The position numbers and the translations under genes are program-made. Below, piece after piece: positions 37,557 to 49,800 of a DNA stretch of 64,000 nucleotides. How positions within the stretch are numbered: the stretch's first letter is position 1; the number at the start of each line of letters is the position of its first letter. Where the stretch lies: positions 1,035 through 65,034 of the forward strand of contig JAIELQ010000014.1 of the NCBI GenBank assembly GCA_019752815.1, read 5' to 3'. Below the pieces are notes generated by a model. That model searched no databases, was not told where the DNA came from, and saw only the letters and a program-made list of their open reading frames with translations. Source of the stretch: Patescibacteria group bacterium. Its GTDB lineage: Bacteria > Patescibacteriota > Minisyncoccia > Phycocordibacterales > UBA918.

Positions 37557-38960
37557 ATGTACACACCAACGATCGGACTTGAAGTCCATGCCGAATTAAA
37601 AACACTTAGTAAAATGTTTTGCGGATGTAAAAATAGTCCACACGACAGCGAACCAAACCAAAATATTTGTCCCGTCTGCATGGCACACCCTGGCACACTT
37701 CCGGTGGCGAACGAAACTGCCATCGCACACGTGCTTCTTTTCGGAAAAGCCGTCGGGGGGACGCTCGCTTCCTACGCTGAGTTTGACCGAAAAAATTATT
37801 TTTATCCGGACATCCCAAAGGCCTACCAGATTAGTCAGTACGCATTTCCATTTGTAACGGGCGGAGAATTGGGTGGAGTCAAATTAACACGAGTCCATCT
37901 AGAAGAAGACACGGCTCGCAGTCAACATGATAAAGGGGAGGAGAGTCTGGTTGATTTTAACCGGGCCGGGGTTCCACTGATGGAACTGGTGACTGAACCG
38001 GTAATCCATGACGCCAAGACAGCTGGAAATTTTGCAAAAGAGTTGCAATTATTATTACGGACTTTAGGCATCTCGGACGCCAATATGGAGAAGGGGGAGA
38101 TGCGCGTTGAAGCTAATATTTCTATTAGCGCTGATGCCACCTTGGGTACAAAAGTTGAGGTAAAAAATCTAAACTCATTTAAATCAGTGGAGGGGGCAAT
38201 TGCATTTGAGATCGAACGGCAAAAAGAACTGCTCGAGAAAGGGGAGACAATTGCCCAAGAGACTCGTGGGTGGGATGAAGTCAAAGGCAAGACATTCAGT
38301 CAGCGCTCAAAAGAAACAGCTAAAGACTATCGATACTTCCCAGATCCAGACCTGCCAAAGATGAAAATTGACGTTTATGAGGCATTTTCAGACACTCGTC
38401 TAGCCGAGATAATGCCAGAATTACCACAAGAAAAGCGTTTAAAATATAGTGATATCGGATTAACGAGTAATCAAGTAGAGGTTTTGATGCAAAGTGATGT
38501 CCTCGTTAGATATTTTGATGCGTTGGTGGACTTACAATTATCGAATGAAGTGTTAGTGGTTGCGGCTAATTATTTACTTACCGACTTTTCGCAAATGCTT
38601 TTGGGAGCTTCGGCTGATGATGCTGTACTTAGCCCGACGAATTTTGGACTGCTGATCACTATGGTTCATGCTAAAAAGATTTCGTCACGCGTGGCTAAAG
38701 ATATCATTATTGCGATAGGTTTACAGGATACTGACCCGGTTGTGTATGCTAATGAGCACAACCTTCTGTCATCATTTACTCCAGAACAATTACTCGGTTT
38801 GGTACGGGATATTATCGATGCTCACCCAACGGTGGTGACTGAATATAAAGGTGGCAAAGTAGCATCCCTACAGTTCCTCTTGGGTCAGGCGATGAAGCAG
38901 ACAAAAGGAGCGGTAGATCCCGTCACACTTAAGACCACTTTTGAAACCGAGTTAGCCTAA
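37557..38960 (+). CDS. gatB: Asp/Glu-tRNA amidotransferase subunit B
   Basis: IGLEVH, RKNYFYPD, HLEED, NRAGVPLMELVTEP, YRYFPDPDL. Confidence 0.96.
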   Translation: MYTPTIGLEVHAELKTLSKMFCGCKNSPHDSEPNQNICPVCMAHPGTLPVANETAIAHVLLFGKAVGGTLASYAEFDRKNYFYPDIPKAYQISQYAFPFVTGGELGGVKLTRVHLEEDTARSQHDKGEESLVDFNRAGVPLMELVTEPVIHDAKTAGNFAKELQLLLRTLGISDANMEKGEMRVEANISISADATLGTKVEVKNLNSFKSVEGAIAFEIERQKELLEKGETIAQETRGWDEVKGKTFSQRSKETAKDYRYFPDPDLPKMKIDVYEAFSDTRLAEIMPELPQEKRLKYSDIGLTSNQVEVLMQSDVLVRYFDALVDLQLSNEVLVVAANYLLTDFSQMLLGASADDAVLSPTNFGLLITMVHAKKISSRVAKDIIIAIGLQDTDPVVYANEHNLLSSFTPEQLLGLVRDIIDAHPTVVTEYKGGKVASLQFLLGQAMKQTKGAVDPVTLKTTFETELA

Positions 38961-38986
38961 ACAAGATAAATAGATTTATCAACACT

Positions 38987-39017
38987 AAACACCAGCCATC
39001 TCGGCTAGGTGTTTTTT
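38987..39017 (+). terminator. Probable terminator after gatB
   Basis: AAACACCAGCC-ATCTC-GGCTAGGTGTTTTTT. Confidence 0.6.
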
Positions 39018-39038
39018 GTTTCTGGTATACTAACGGTA

Positions 39039-40052
39039 ATGGAAACTATTGAAGATAATGGAGTTACCTACGTAAAAGCGACTGCTCTTGCAAAAAAGCA
39101 CCGTTATACTACAGACTATATCGGCCAACTGTGTCGGAGTGGCAAAGTTGACGCTAAACTAATCGGGCGTGCCTGGTTTGTAAATGAAGTCACGCTTCAA
39201 AGTCACAAAAGTGATCGATATTCTACGCCTCGTTCAGCCGAGATAACTATAAATAAAAGCCTAGTTTCAGATCGTGCTGCTCACCCAGTAGCATTACGCC
39301 GTGAAGTGCGACCAGTGCTTTCAAAGTCAGTTCATCGATCATTATTGCAAAATTCAGAACCTAAAACGTATAATTTTGAATCACGTGGTGCTGGTCTAGT
39401 CTCTACCTATCATCAGGACGAAGAATTACTTGAACCCCATGTGTCTATAAAACCAAAGCCTGAAGTTGCACACAATCCTGCTGAGTTGGAAACTAAAACA
39501 ATTGAAAAAGCACAAAAAATAAGTGTTTCTTTAGGTGAAAAAGCTTCACAAAAGCTTGCATTTGAAGAATTGCCCGAGGTGTTGTTGCGGGGCGATTTAA
39601 AGGTCGATTCGCTCGATGACCCTGATTTGTTCACTGAAGTTGAGCCGGTTAGGGCCGAGCATATTCAATTTGCACCTCAATCTGTTCTAAAAACAGCTGT
39701 AATCGCTACAAATCCCGATCAAACAGGGGTCACGCATCCAAAAGTGAGGGTTCATCACGTTGAGTCTAGGCAAGTACCTAAAAACCAGGTACGCAATGTA
39801 GTTCCACCTCTCAAAGTTGCTACTGTAATTTATCAGCCTGTGGTAGCACGTGCAGAAACAAATGACATTCCAAAACCGGCAGTGCGATTCATTGTGGTGC
39901 CCGTGTTAGTCACTACTGCGCTGGTAGTTTGTGTAGTGATGTTGGGTCTCGTCAGTTATGCAGAAACCGACGGTTTGCAGTTTCGTCAGTCAGTGAAATT
40001 TTCACCCGCAACTGTCATTGAAGCGGTCTCAAAAATAGTAGAAAGTTATTAA
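39039..40052 (+). CDS. Excisionase/MerR-like HTH protein with C-terminal TM helix
   Basis: ALAKKHRYTTDYIGQLCRSGKVDAKLIGRAWFV; TM near residue 290. Confidence 0.7.
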   Translation: METIEDNGVTYVKATALAKKHRYTTDYIGQLCRSGKVDAKLIGRAWFVNEVTLQSHKSDRYSTPRSAEITINKSLVSDRAAHPVALRREVRPVLSKSVHRSLLQNSEPKTYNFESRGAGLVSTYHQDEELLEPHVSIKPKPEVAHNPAELETKTIEKAQKISVSLGEKASQKLAFEELPEVLLRGDLKVDSLDDPDLFTEVEPVRAEHIQFAPQSVLKTAVIATNPDQTGVTHPKVRVHHVESRQVPKNQVRNVVPPLKVATVIYQPVVARAETNDIPKPAVRFIVVPVLVTTALVVCVVMLGLVSYAETDGLQFRQSVKFSPATVIEAVSKIVESY

Positions 40053-40111
40053 CATTAGGGGGCATCAAAATTACCGTTTTACCTATAAAATAATAGGTAT
40101 AACAGTTTTTT

Positions 40112-40828
40112 ATGTCTGCGAAAAGTTTAGTAAAAAAATCTGACTCGATACCGCTCTCGGTAGCAGTCACACTCGTCTCATACTCGCGTGATTACATCGG
40201 TCGACTGGCTCGCGAAGGCAAGATTGTTGCCGAGCAAATTGATCGTGAATGGTACGTCAGTCGAGCGTCACTTTTAAACTTCGCAGAACATTCAACTCTT
40301 GAAGATTCGGTCAAGAAAAAAATCCTTAGTTTGTCGCGAAAAAATGATTTAGAGGTTAAAGATTTTTATACTCAAAAAGTTTCAAATATTAACACTCGTC
40401 AATATTTGGCCCGCACTCAAAGTCTGGTGTTAACGCTTATTATGCTTTTGGGAGGATCATTTCCTGGCTATCTTTTTTACACAAACGCTAATTTGCTTAC
40501 AGGTGCAAAGCCAGTTTCGATTGCAGAAACTCTCGGTTATCTTGATGTCGTCGGGTCTACACAAAGTGCTTTGGTGCCTGCTTCCTCACGGGAAAATGCC
40601 GCGGTGTGGACCGAGGGGTTGGTCGTTGAATCACAAGAATCTATCCCGATGGATGGGGGAATTGTCTTGTTTCCAACCCTGCAACCAAGCGACAAAGCAA
40701 CGGTTGAGGATCTGTTTTCGGATGATGTGACCGTGGTAATAACCAGTACGACAACTGGTTTTGTGCGTTCGGCTGATGGTACGTCCGAGCTACCGTTTGT
40801 GCGCGTGCCTGAGACTACGTCTTTTTAA
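40112..40828 (+). CDS. Second excisionase/MerR-like HTH protein with central TM helix
   Basis: YSRDYIGRLAREGKIVAEQIDREWYV; TM SLVLTLIMLLGG. Confidence 0.7.
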   Translation: MSAKSLVKKSDSIPLSVAVTLVSYSRDYIGRLAREGKIVAEQIDREWYVSRASLLNFAEHSTLEDSVKKKILSLSRKNDLEVKDFYTQKVSNINTRQYLARTQSLVLTLIMLLGGSFPGYLFYTNANLLTGAKPVSIAETLGYLDVVGSTQSALVPASSRENAAVWTEGLVVESQESIPMDGGIVLFPTLQPSDKATVEDLFSDDVTVVITSTTTGFVRSADGTSELPFVRVPETTSF

Positions 40829-40831
40829 AAT

Positions 40832-43800
40832 ATGAGTTTTTACCCGTCAAAAAATAAATCACGTACCGTACTGATAGCCTCAGGACTCCTTTTGATTTTA
40901 GGGATTTATTTCATGGCGAGTTTGGTGAGTGTAGTATGGGCGGCGCCTAATTTGCAGATTAACTACCAAGGTAAACTCACTAACGCCAGCAACGTCGCCG
41001 TCGCAGACGCCGGGTACCAAATGGAATTTAGCTTGTACACGACTGACGTCGGTGGGACTGCCATCTGGACAGAAACCCGTACCGGTGTGAATGAAGTAAT
41101 TGTCGACAACGGTCTGTTCTCAGTAATGCTCGGTAGTGTCAATTCGCTTGCCGGCGTTGATTTTAATCAAACGCTGTATCTGGGAGTAACCGTTGAGGCT
41201 GATTCAGAAATGACCCCGCGCAAGGTCCTAGGTGCAACACCAGCTGCCTTTGAGGCAAATAACGCGACTACGGTAGGTGGAGTAGCCTCAACATCATTGT
41301 TGCGAAATGATCGCATTGGTACGATCGCAACCACCTCAGCATCAACCCTGCTTACTATTACGCAAAGCGGCACCGGTGATATTTTAAATTTGTTTGATGG
41401 CGGTACTGAAGTCTTTAGTGTGCTCGATGGTGGAAATGTTGGGATTGGCTCAACCTCACCATCAGCTAGATTAACAGTGGGTGGGAATGCCTTTATCGCG
41501 GGTAACCTCACCGCTACCGGCTCTCTGAACATTGCTGGCACCTCCACCCTCGCCACTACCACTGTCTCTTCGCTCGCTATCGGTTCACTATCAGGTCTCT
41601 TGTTCGGTACCGCAGGCAACGTATCTACCATCGCTACCTCAACCCTCGCGATTGCACTCGCAGACACCACCGGCACCTTAGCTGCTACTCGTGGCGGAAC
41701 CGGACTCTCCACCATTACCCAAAACCAACTGCTGATTGGTGGAGCCGGTAACACCTGGACACAAGTGGCGACGAGTTCATTGGGGCTCTCCGCTGCCTTC
41801 ACCACCATTGCGCAACTCGACACCCTCATCACTGACGTGACCGGCGTGACCGGTACCGGCAGCTTTGTATTGTCGGCGTCACCGACATTCACCGGCACCA
41901 GTATCTTTGCTAACTCCAGTACCACCAATGCCACCACTACCAACGCCACCACCACGAACTTCACTATTACCGGGCTGACTTCTGGCCGGGTACCGTTTAT
42001 CACAACTGGTGGACGACTTACTGATTCGGCGAACTTGGCGTTTGATGGGACACGTTTGTCGACAGTTAACTTTGGTGCGAGTGGCACGTCATCGCTTTTA
42101 GGTGCTGTTTCAATCGGAACATCCACCCAGCCCTATCTCCTCACGGTGGCGGGTACATTTGGGGTAGTTTCATCGAGTCTCAGTCCAGTGTTTACGGCTG
42201 ATGCGACTACCGGTCGCGTTGCTATTGGCACCAGTACAGCTTCAACTACTGAGACGCTGACGATTGCCGGGGGTTCAATTGATGTACTTCCAAGCGGGCT
42301 CCGTATTGTCGGACAGCTCGACACACTCACTGATAGTCAGGCCGGTCTCGTAGTTGAAGATGGCATTGTGTATGGAGTATCTAATAATCCAGCGACTGAT
42401 TTACATATTGTTGACGCTAGTAATCCACAAAGCCCACGTATCCTTAGTGAGACTAGTGCACCGAGTTCGGGGGATCTAGTTAAAGTTGGAAATTACTTGT
42501 ATATGTTTGGTGGACTCAGTTCTATTGGCGAAGTTGAAGACATTTCTAATCCAAGTGCACCAGTCACAGTCGGAACATTTGATATGGGACAAACAACGCG
42601 AGAAGCAGTTGTGGATGGAAACTACATTTTTGTGGGCACTAATAGTGCGACGACATCTGTGGTTGTGTATGACATCACAAACCGTATCAACCCACAACAA
42701 ATTGCCATCATTAATGCAGGAGCAGCGGTCACTGATTTATCAGTACACCAAAACAAACTCTATCTTGCACTTGCGAGTACTACCGCTGCTTTGCGCATTT
42801 ATAATATTCAAAATCCTGTCGTGCCGACTCTCCTGGGTACGGCTGCTGCCTCATCAACACCAACTGCTATTACCGCGACTAACGACCGGGTGTACCTCGG
42901 TGCGAACGTCAGTGGTAACCGAGAATTGTATGTCTACCAAACGACTAACCCGACTAGTATCCAACTCTTGACCTCGATTGATATTACGACCTCGGTCAGT
43001 GACATGATGGCGGTGGACGAGACCTTATATGTGACGGGTAACTCAGTCCGGGCTTTTATCGCGTATGATATTTCTTCGAGTACGCAGATTATTGAGCAGG
43101 GTCGAGTAAGTCTTGGAGCCAGCACGATCTATGATTTTGATATTGAAGGGCAGTATGCCTATGTGGGTGGACAGGTTCCGACTCAGGGCTTAGCAATTAT
43201 CAAACTATCTGGACTCACTGCACCATCTGTTCAATCGGGCGCCCTCTACGCTGAACAATTACGTGCCCTGCAAGCAAATATTTCCGGCAATCTTAATGTC
43301 GCTGGTCGAGTCGCTTTTGGTCTCGATGCTTCAATTGCCCGAAGGCTTGATGTCGGAACGTCTCTAACAATCGGTACCACGTCAACTTCAAGTAACGCAC
43401 TGACGGTGGCTGGAAACGCGGCATTATTTGGCAATCTCACAATAACTGGTACCACCACCATCTCTAACCTCGCCCTCACCGGCGTCTTCCGCGACGCCAC
43501 CAACGCCTCCGGCACCCTCGGCCAAATCCTCCAATCAACCGGCACTTCAACTCGCTGGGTCGCCACCTCATCACTCGGCCTCCTTACTTCTGCTATCACC
43601 GGTATTGGTCCAGCTGGTCAAATCCAATCAGGCCCAACTATCACCCTTGCCACCTCAACCGGCTCATTTAACGGTCTCACCCTTGGTACCACCATCACCG
43701 CCACCGGCAACACCATCACCTACACCCCAAGTATCACTGGAGCGCTCACCAATGCCGGCATCGCCACCCCATGGTTATCATTTGCAACCACCAGTACCGG

Positions 43801-46800
43801 ATCAGATATTAGTTTCAGTAGTGCCTCATCAACTCTTGGTGGTACCGTTACCCTTAATATTCCGAACGCCGGCCCGTCTGCACGTGGACTCTTAACCAGT
43901 GCTGACTGGACTACCTTTAACGGCAAGATCTCCAGTACCTCACTTGATACCATTGCGGAACTCGACACCCTCATCACTGACGTGACCGGCGTGACCGGTA
44001 CCGGCAGCTTTGTGCTTTCAACCTCACCGACATTTACAGGGACCGCATCATTTGCGAGTACTACGAACTCCGGACAACTCACCGTGACTGGTACTTCAAC
44101 TCTCGCTACAACTAGCGTTTCCTCCCTCGCGATCGGTTCACTCTCTGGTCTCTTATTTGGTACCGCAGGCAACGTATCTACCATCGCTACCTCAACCCTC
44201 GGTATCGCGCTGTCTGACACCACCGGCACACTGGCTGCTACTCGTGGTGGAACCGGACTTTCCTCATATGCTACTGGTGATTTGATTTATGCCTCTGGCG
44301 CGAACACACTCGCTAATCGAACTATCGGCTCAACCGGTAATGTACTCTCGGTGGTTGGTGGGGTGCCAACGTGGGTGGCTACCTCGACACTTGGTTTGAG
44401 TGGGTTGTCGACGTTCCTCGGGCTAACTGATACACCATCTTCATACACTGCCAACCGTATCTTCTTTACTAATTCAGGGGCTACCGCGGTGACTGACAGT
44501 GCGAACTTTACCTTTGATGGGACACGATTGTCGACACTTAATCTCGCAGTAACTGGCACTTCAACATTCACTGGCACCTCAACCTTTGCCACCAGTACTT
44601 TTAGTCGAATTAACATCGGCACCACAACATCAGCAGGATTGATTACACTCGCCGGTGGCGGTGTGGTCGCTACTACGCCTAATAATCTTCGTGTCGCGGG
44701 CACCTTTAACACGAGTGGGAGTGCAAACGGAGTAGCGGTTTCTGGACGCTATGCGTACGTGGCTGATAGTTCTGCTGGTCTGCAGATTATAGATATCTCG
44801 CGACCAAGTAGCCCGTCTCTTGAGGGTACCTTTAATACGTCTGGTAACGCATATGACGTGAAAGTGGTTGGACGCTATGCGTACGTCGCAGATGGTGCGA
44901 GCGGTCTACAGATTATTGATATTAGTAATCCAGCCAGTACGACATTGGTTGGAACATATGATACAAATAACGCCGAAGGTCTTGATGTGTCTGGCCGGTA
45001 CGCGTACATCGCTGATGCAACCACTGGTTTAGTAATTGTTGATATCAGTAACCCAAGTAACCCAACCTTGGTAGTGAGTTATGACACTACGGGTATATTT
45101 GCAACTGATGTGGCGGTGGTTGGCCGCTACGCATATGTCGCAGATGGACTTGCCGGTCTTCAGATTATTGATGTGACCAATCCAGCGGTACCGGTTTTGA
45201 TGAGTACGTTTAATACTGCTGATAATGCGACGGGTGTGTATGTTGTGGGCCGCTATGCGTACGTCGCAGATGGTGGTTCGGGTCTGCAAATCGTAGATAT
45301 TAGTAATCCAGCAATTCCAACCCTCGCTGGTTCAGTTGATACACCAGGCACCGCTAACGATGTGGTGGTAGCGGGTGGTATTGCATATCTCTCAGACTTC
45401 TCAAGTAGTCTCCAGGTGATTGATGTTTCAAATGCAACTTCTCCATTTATTCTCCAGTCATTTGTTACAACTGGAATTATGAACAATGTCGCCATCGCGG
45501 GTCGGTATTTGTATGCTGGTGACAATACAGCTGGACTCCAGATTGTCGATATTAACGGCTCTGATTTCTCGTCACTATTTGCGGGTGCTCTGGGAGCAAC
45601 GGAGGCAAATTTCGATAGTAATTTGATCGTTGGAAACGACATTACTGTTGGAGGCAAACTGTCAGTCGGGCATGATTCGATAATTAACGGCGGACTTACC
45701 ATTATAGGTACCGCGTCTTCTACATTGCTCGGTAATAACACTGGTCCTGGTTTGGTGGTTGCCACTGGCAACGTCGGCATCGGCTCAACCTCACCATCGG
45801 CAAAACTTACCGTTGCAGGTGCTGGATTCTTTGGTGGTAACCTCACTGCTACCGGATCCCTCGCTATTTTCGGAACCAGCACCCTCGCCACCACTTCTAT
45901 CGCTCGACTCGCTCTCGCTGGAGCGTTCCTTGATTCAACGAATGACAGTGGCACTTCTGGTATGGTCTTGCAATCATCCGGCACCTCAACTCGCTGGGTT
46001 GCTACCTCAACGCTTGGTTTTGCAACCGGGGTTTCAAACTTCCTTGCTCTCTCCGACACACCGGATGTATTTACCGCTAATCGAATTCCATTTACGAATG
46101 GTGCAGCGACTGCCTTAGTTGATAATGACAACTTTACTTACTCAAGTAGTACCCAGTTCCTCACTCTAGGGGGTAATCCTTCACTTGAGTATGGTATCAA
46201 CTTTGGCGGAGCGGGCAGAATTTATGGAACAAATTCGTTAGGCACTGAAGATCTTGTTATGATTAGTTCAAACAATATTTTCTTGGCTAGTGGTGATGAT
46301 TCTAGTAGTATTGATGTGAGTCTCGGAGGCGTATTTAGTATCTTCGCAGCCACTTCGACTACTATAATTAGTCCAGTCATTACTGCATTGGGTGACCTTA
46401 CTGTAACAGGATCTCTTGGTATCTCAGGCACCACCACCCTCGCCACCACTACCGTGACAGATTTGTTTGTCTCGGCTGCACTGCGTGACACAACAAATTC
46501 GGCGGGTACCCTTGGTCAAATCCTCCAATCAACCGGCACCTCAACTCGTTGGGTTGCCACTTCAACCCTCGGCTTTTCTGCCGCCTTCACCACCATCGCT
46601 CAACTCGACGCCCTCATCTCAGACGTGACCGGAGTGACTGGTACTGGAAGCTTTGTGTTATCAGCGTCACCGACGTTTACCGGCACCAGTATCTTCGCGA
46701 ACTCAAGCACCACAAACGCGACAACGACTAACGCCACTACAACTAACTTTGCGATTACCGGACTGACTTCAGGTCGGGTGCCGTTTATTACTACTGGAGG

Positions 46801-49800
46801 GCGACTAACAGACTCGACAAACTTTACCTTTGATGGTTCACGACTCTCAACCCTCAACCTTAATGTGACCGGCACCTCAACATTTACCGGTACTTCGACG
46901 TTTGCGGGGAATGTGGGGATAGGTACTACTACCCCTAGTAGTGTGTTAAGTATTGTAGGGTCACTTGCTCAGCAGGAGTTTGGATTCGGGGATGCCCAAT
47001 ATATTCTTAGAGGTACAAATAGCTCAACAGGTCGTGCTTTCTTTGCTGGTGTGGCCGGTAACGGAGCGTCTGAGCGAGCGGGATATATGAGTGTTGGTTT
47101 AACTGAGATGGTAGTAGGGACACAAAGTTTAGGAGGTAGTATCCCACTCCGTTTTATGACTAATGATGCGATGCGTATGACTATTGATACTAATGGCAAT
47201 ATTGGTATTGGTACAACGACACCAGCATCACGGCTTGATGTATGGGGTGATTTCCGCGTTGGGACAAGTAGTAGCGCGTTAGTGTATGCCAATACACTAA
47301 ATCGACAATTTGTAGTGGGAAGTTCGAGTCTCATAACCGAGAACAATAATGGAGACATTCCACGTATGGCCATTGTTGGTACCCGCACTTCTGGCCGGCC
47401 AACAATGCTCTTAATTGAAGAGGAGGGTGTGGGCCAATTTGAGTCTGCAGCACTGCAATTTGATCGGGCTACTCCATTAACAAATTCCAGCATGGGCCAG
47501 ATAAACTTTATGGATGCGGGGAGTATTGATGCCTGGACTGATGTGGGAGATAATGCCGCTGGTTCACTTCGCTTTAATACTGATACACCAAGTGCAGGTG
47601 GTGTTGTTGAGCAAATGCGCATTACCTCTAGTGGTAATGTTGGAATCGGTACTACAACACCAAATTCACGCCTCACCGTCTCAGGTAACACCTTCCTCGG
47701 TGGCAACCTCACCGCCACTGGCACGCTCGCAATCCTCGGCACCTCAACCCTTGCCACCACTTCTATCACTCGACTGGCTCTCGCCGGCGCCTTCCTCGAT
47801 TCAACTAATGCTTCAGGTACCTTGGGTATGGTGTTGCAGTCAACGGGTACTAGTACTCGCTGGGTGGCAACTTCGACACTTGGTTTCTCAGGTGGCGGAG
47901 CGTCTACCTTCCTCGCTTTAACTGATACTCCGTCTTCATACACCGCCAATCGGGTAATGTTTACTAATGGAGGAGCGACTGCCTTGACGGATAGTGCGAA
48001 CTTCACTTTTGATGGTTCACGACTCTCAACCCTCAATCTAAATGTGACCGGTACAAGTACATTTATTGGTACGACAACCCTCGCTACTACAACTATTAAC
48101 GGTTTAGTGCAGATGGGCACCACCTCAGTAGATTCGCGATTTAATTTGGATGTAAACAATTTTGCGGTGGCTGGTACAGCGGGACTTAACCGCTACTACA
48201 CATCGACCAATGCAGCGAGTGGTACCGTACAATTTGGTGAGTTGGCGTACAGCCGACTCAATACAACTGCTACCACAACGTATGTCGGTAGTATGTTCCG
48301 CGTGGAAGACAGTACGACACGGGGTAATACGGTGCGAGGACTCGAAGTGCAAACCAACCGGGGCTCAAATACCCAAGGTGAAAACACGGCACTCTCTGGA
48401 TTTGCACGAACATTCGGTGTTCGTGGATTCACCAGTGCCGACGCGGGTAGTGTGTTTGAACCAGCAGGAGGATACTTTGAAACGGGCGGTACAACGCAAG
48501 GTAACGCCATTCGCGGATACTCATCAACGATCACGAGTGCCGGATTGCTCTCGTTGTTCCAGGATACTTCAGTGTTTTCAGGAACTGGTTTGACGATGAA
48601 TCTGGGTAACGGTACCGGTTCATTTACGGGTAAGTTCGTGGATTTACAAGTGGCAGGATCAAGTCGTTTCAACGTTGCGTCTACCGGAACAATGTTTACG
48701 CTCGGTGATATTAGTATCAATTCAACCAACACTGACCCAGCCGCTAATAATGTGGTGGGAATGTACCTCGGAGCTAATGGTTTTGCTAGTATCAACCGTT
48801 CAGCGAATCCAGCGATGAATCTCGGTCGCAGTAACGACGGCGCTGTCTTACAGTTCTACAGTGCGGGTGCAGTCCAAGGCAGTGTCAGTATCGCTGGCGC
48901 AACAGTGTCATACAACGCGTTTACCGGTAGTCACTTTGGGCTTACGGGCAGTACAACCTACCCAATGGGTACACTGATGCAATTGTCAGGTGATAATCAA
49001 AGTTACAACGATGATCCAGCCTCAGAAATCCTCTACGGCATGGAAGAAACAACCGAAGAAAATAGTAGTCTCGTCATTGGATCATACCTCTCGGTGCTCG
49101 AACCATCACAAGCAGAATCAACGGCAAACCCAACTCTCGTCATGGCGGTGGGTAACGGAGCGCTGTGGGTGGCTGATCAAGGTGAAGATATTACACGCGG
49201 TGATTACTTGATCTCATCAAATATTGCCGGACATGCCGAGCGTGATCCACAAACAGCCCCAACTAGTTACATCATCGCCCGGGCATCAGAAGATATTAAC
49301 TGGAACGAAGTAACGACTGAAATTAATGGTGTGAAGCATAAGCGCATTACGGTCTTCTTTGAAAACTTCACTAGGTCAAATATTGACTTGGCACTGATTG
49401 CTTCAAGTACGGTTGAACTAGCAGACATTACCGAAGAATCACAAACCGGACAATTTATGACAGGACTATTTGCGAAGTTAACCGAATGGTTTGGTAGTGC
49501 GCAAAACGGTATCGAAGATATGTATGCGAACGTCTTTAATGCGAGTGAACGCATCTGTGTTGATGGTGAATGTCTCACCGCGGACGATATCCGCGACCTC
49601 AAGGATGCGTTGCAAGGCGGAGGAAGTAATAACCCGCCACCACAAAATAGTGGCGACGGAGGTGGGTCTGGTGAGAGTGGTGACACGGGCGGAGAAACTC
49701 CACCACCAAGTGACGAAGGAGGTGGAGAGGCAGGAGGTGGTGGTGATGAAATTCCACCACCAGCTGAGGGTGGTGACACGGGCGGAGAAACTCCACCACC

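Noticed and set aside
41167-49779. Long antisense ORFs (319, 292, 396, 199 aa) inside the giant fibre gene
   Set aside because: Val/Pro-rich mirrors of Thr/Gly codons with no recognisable motifs
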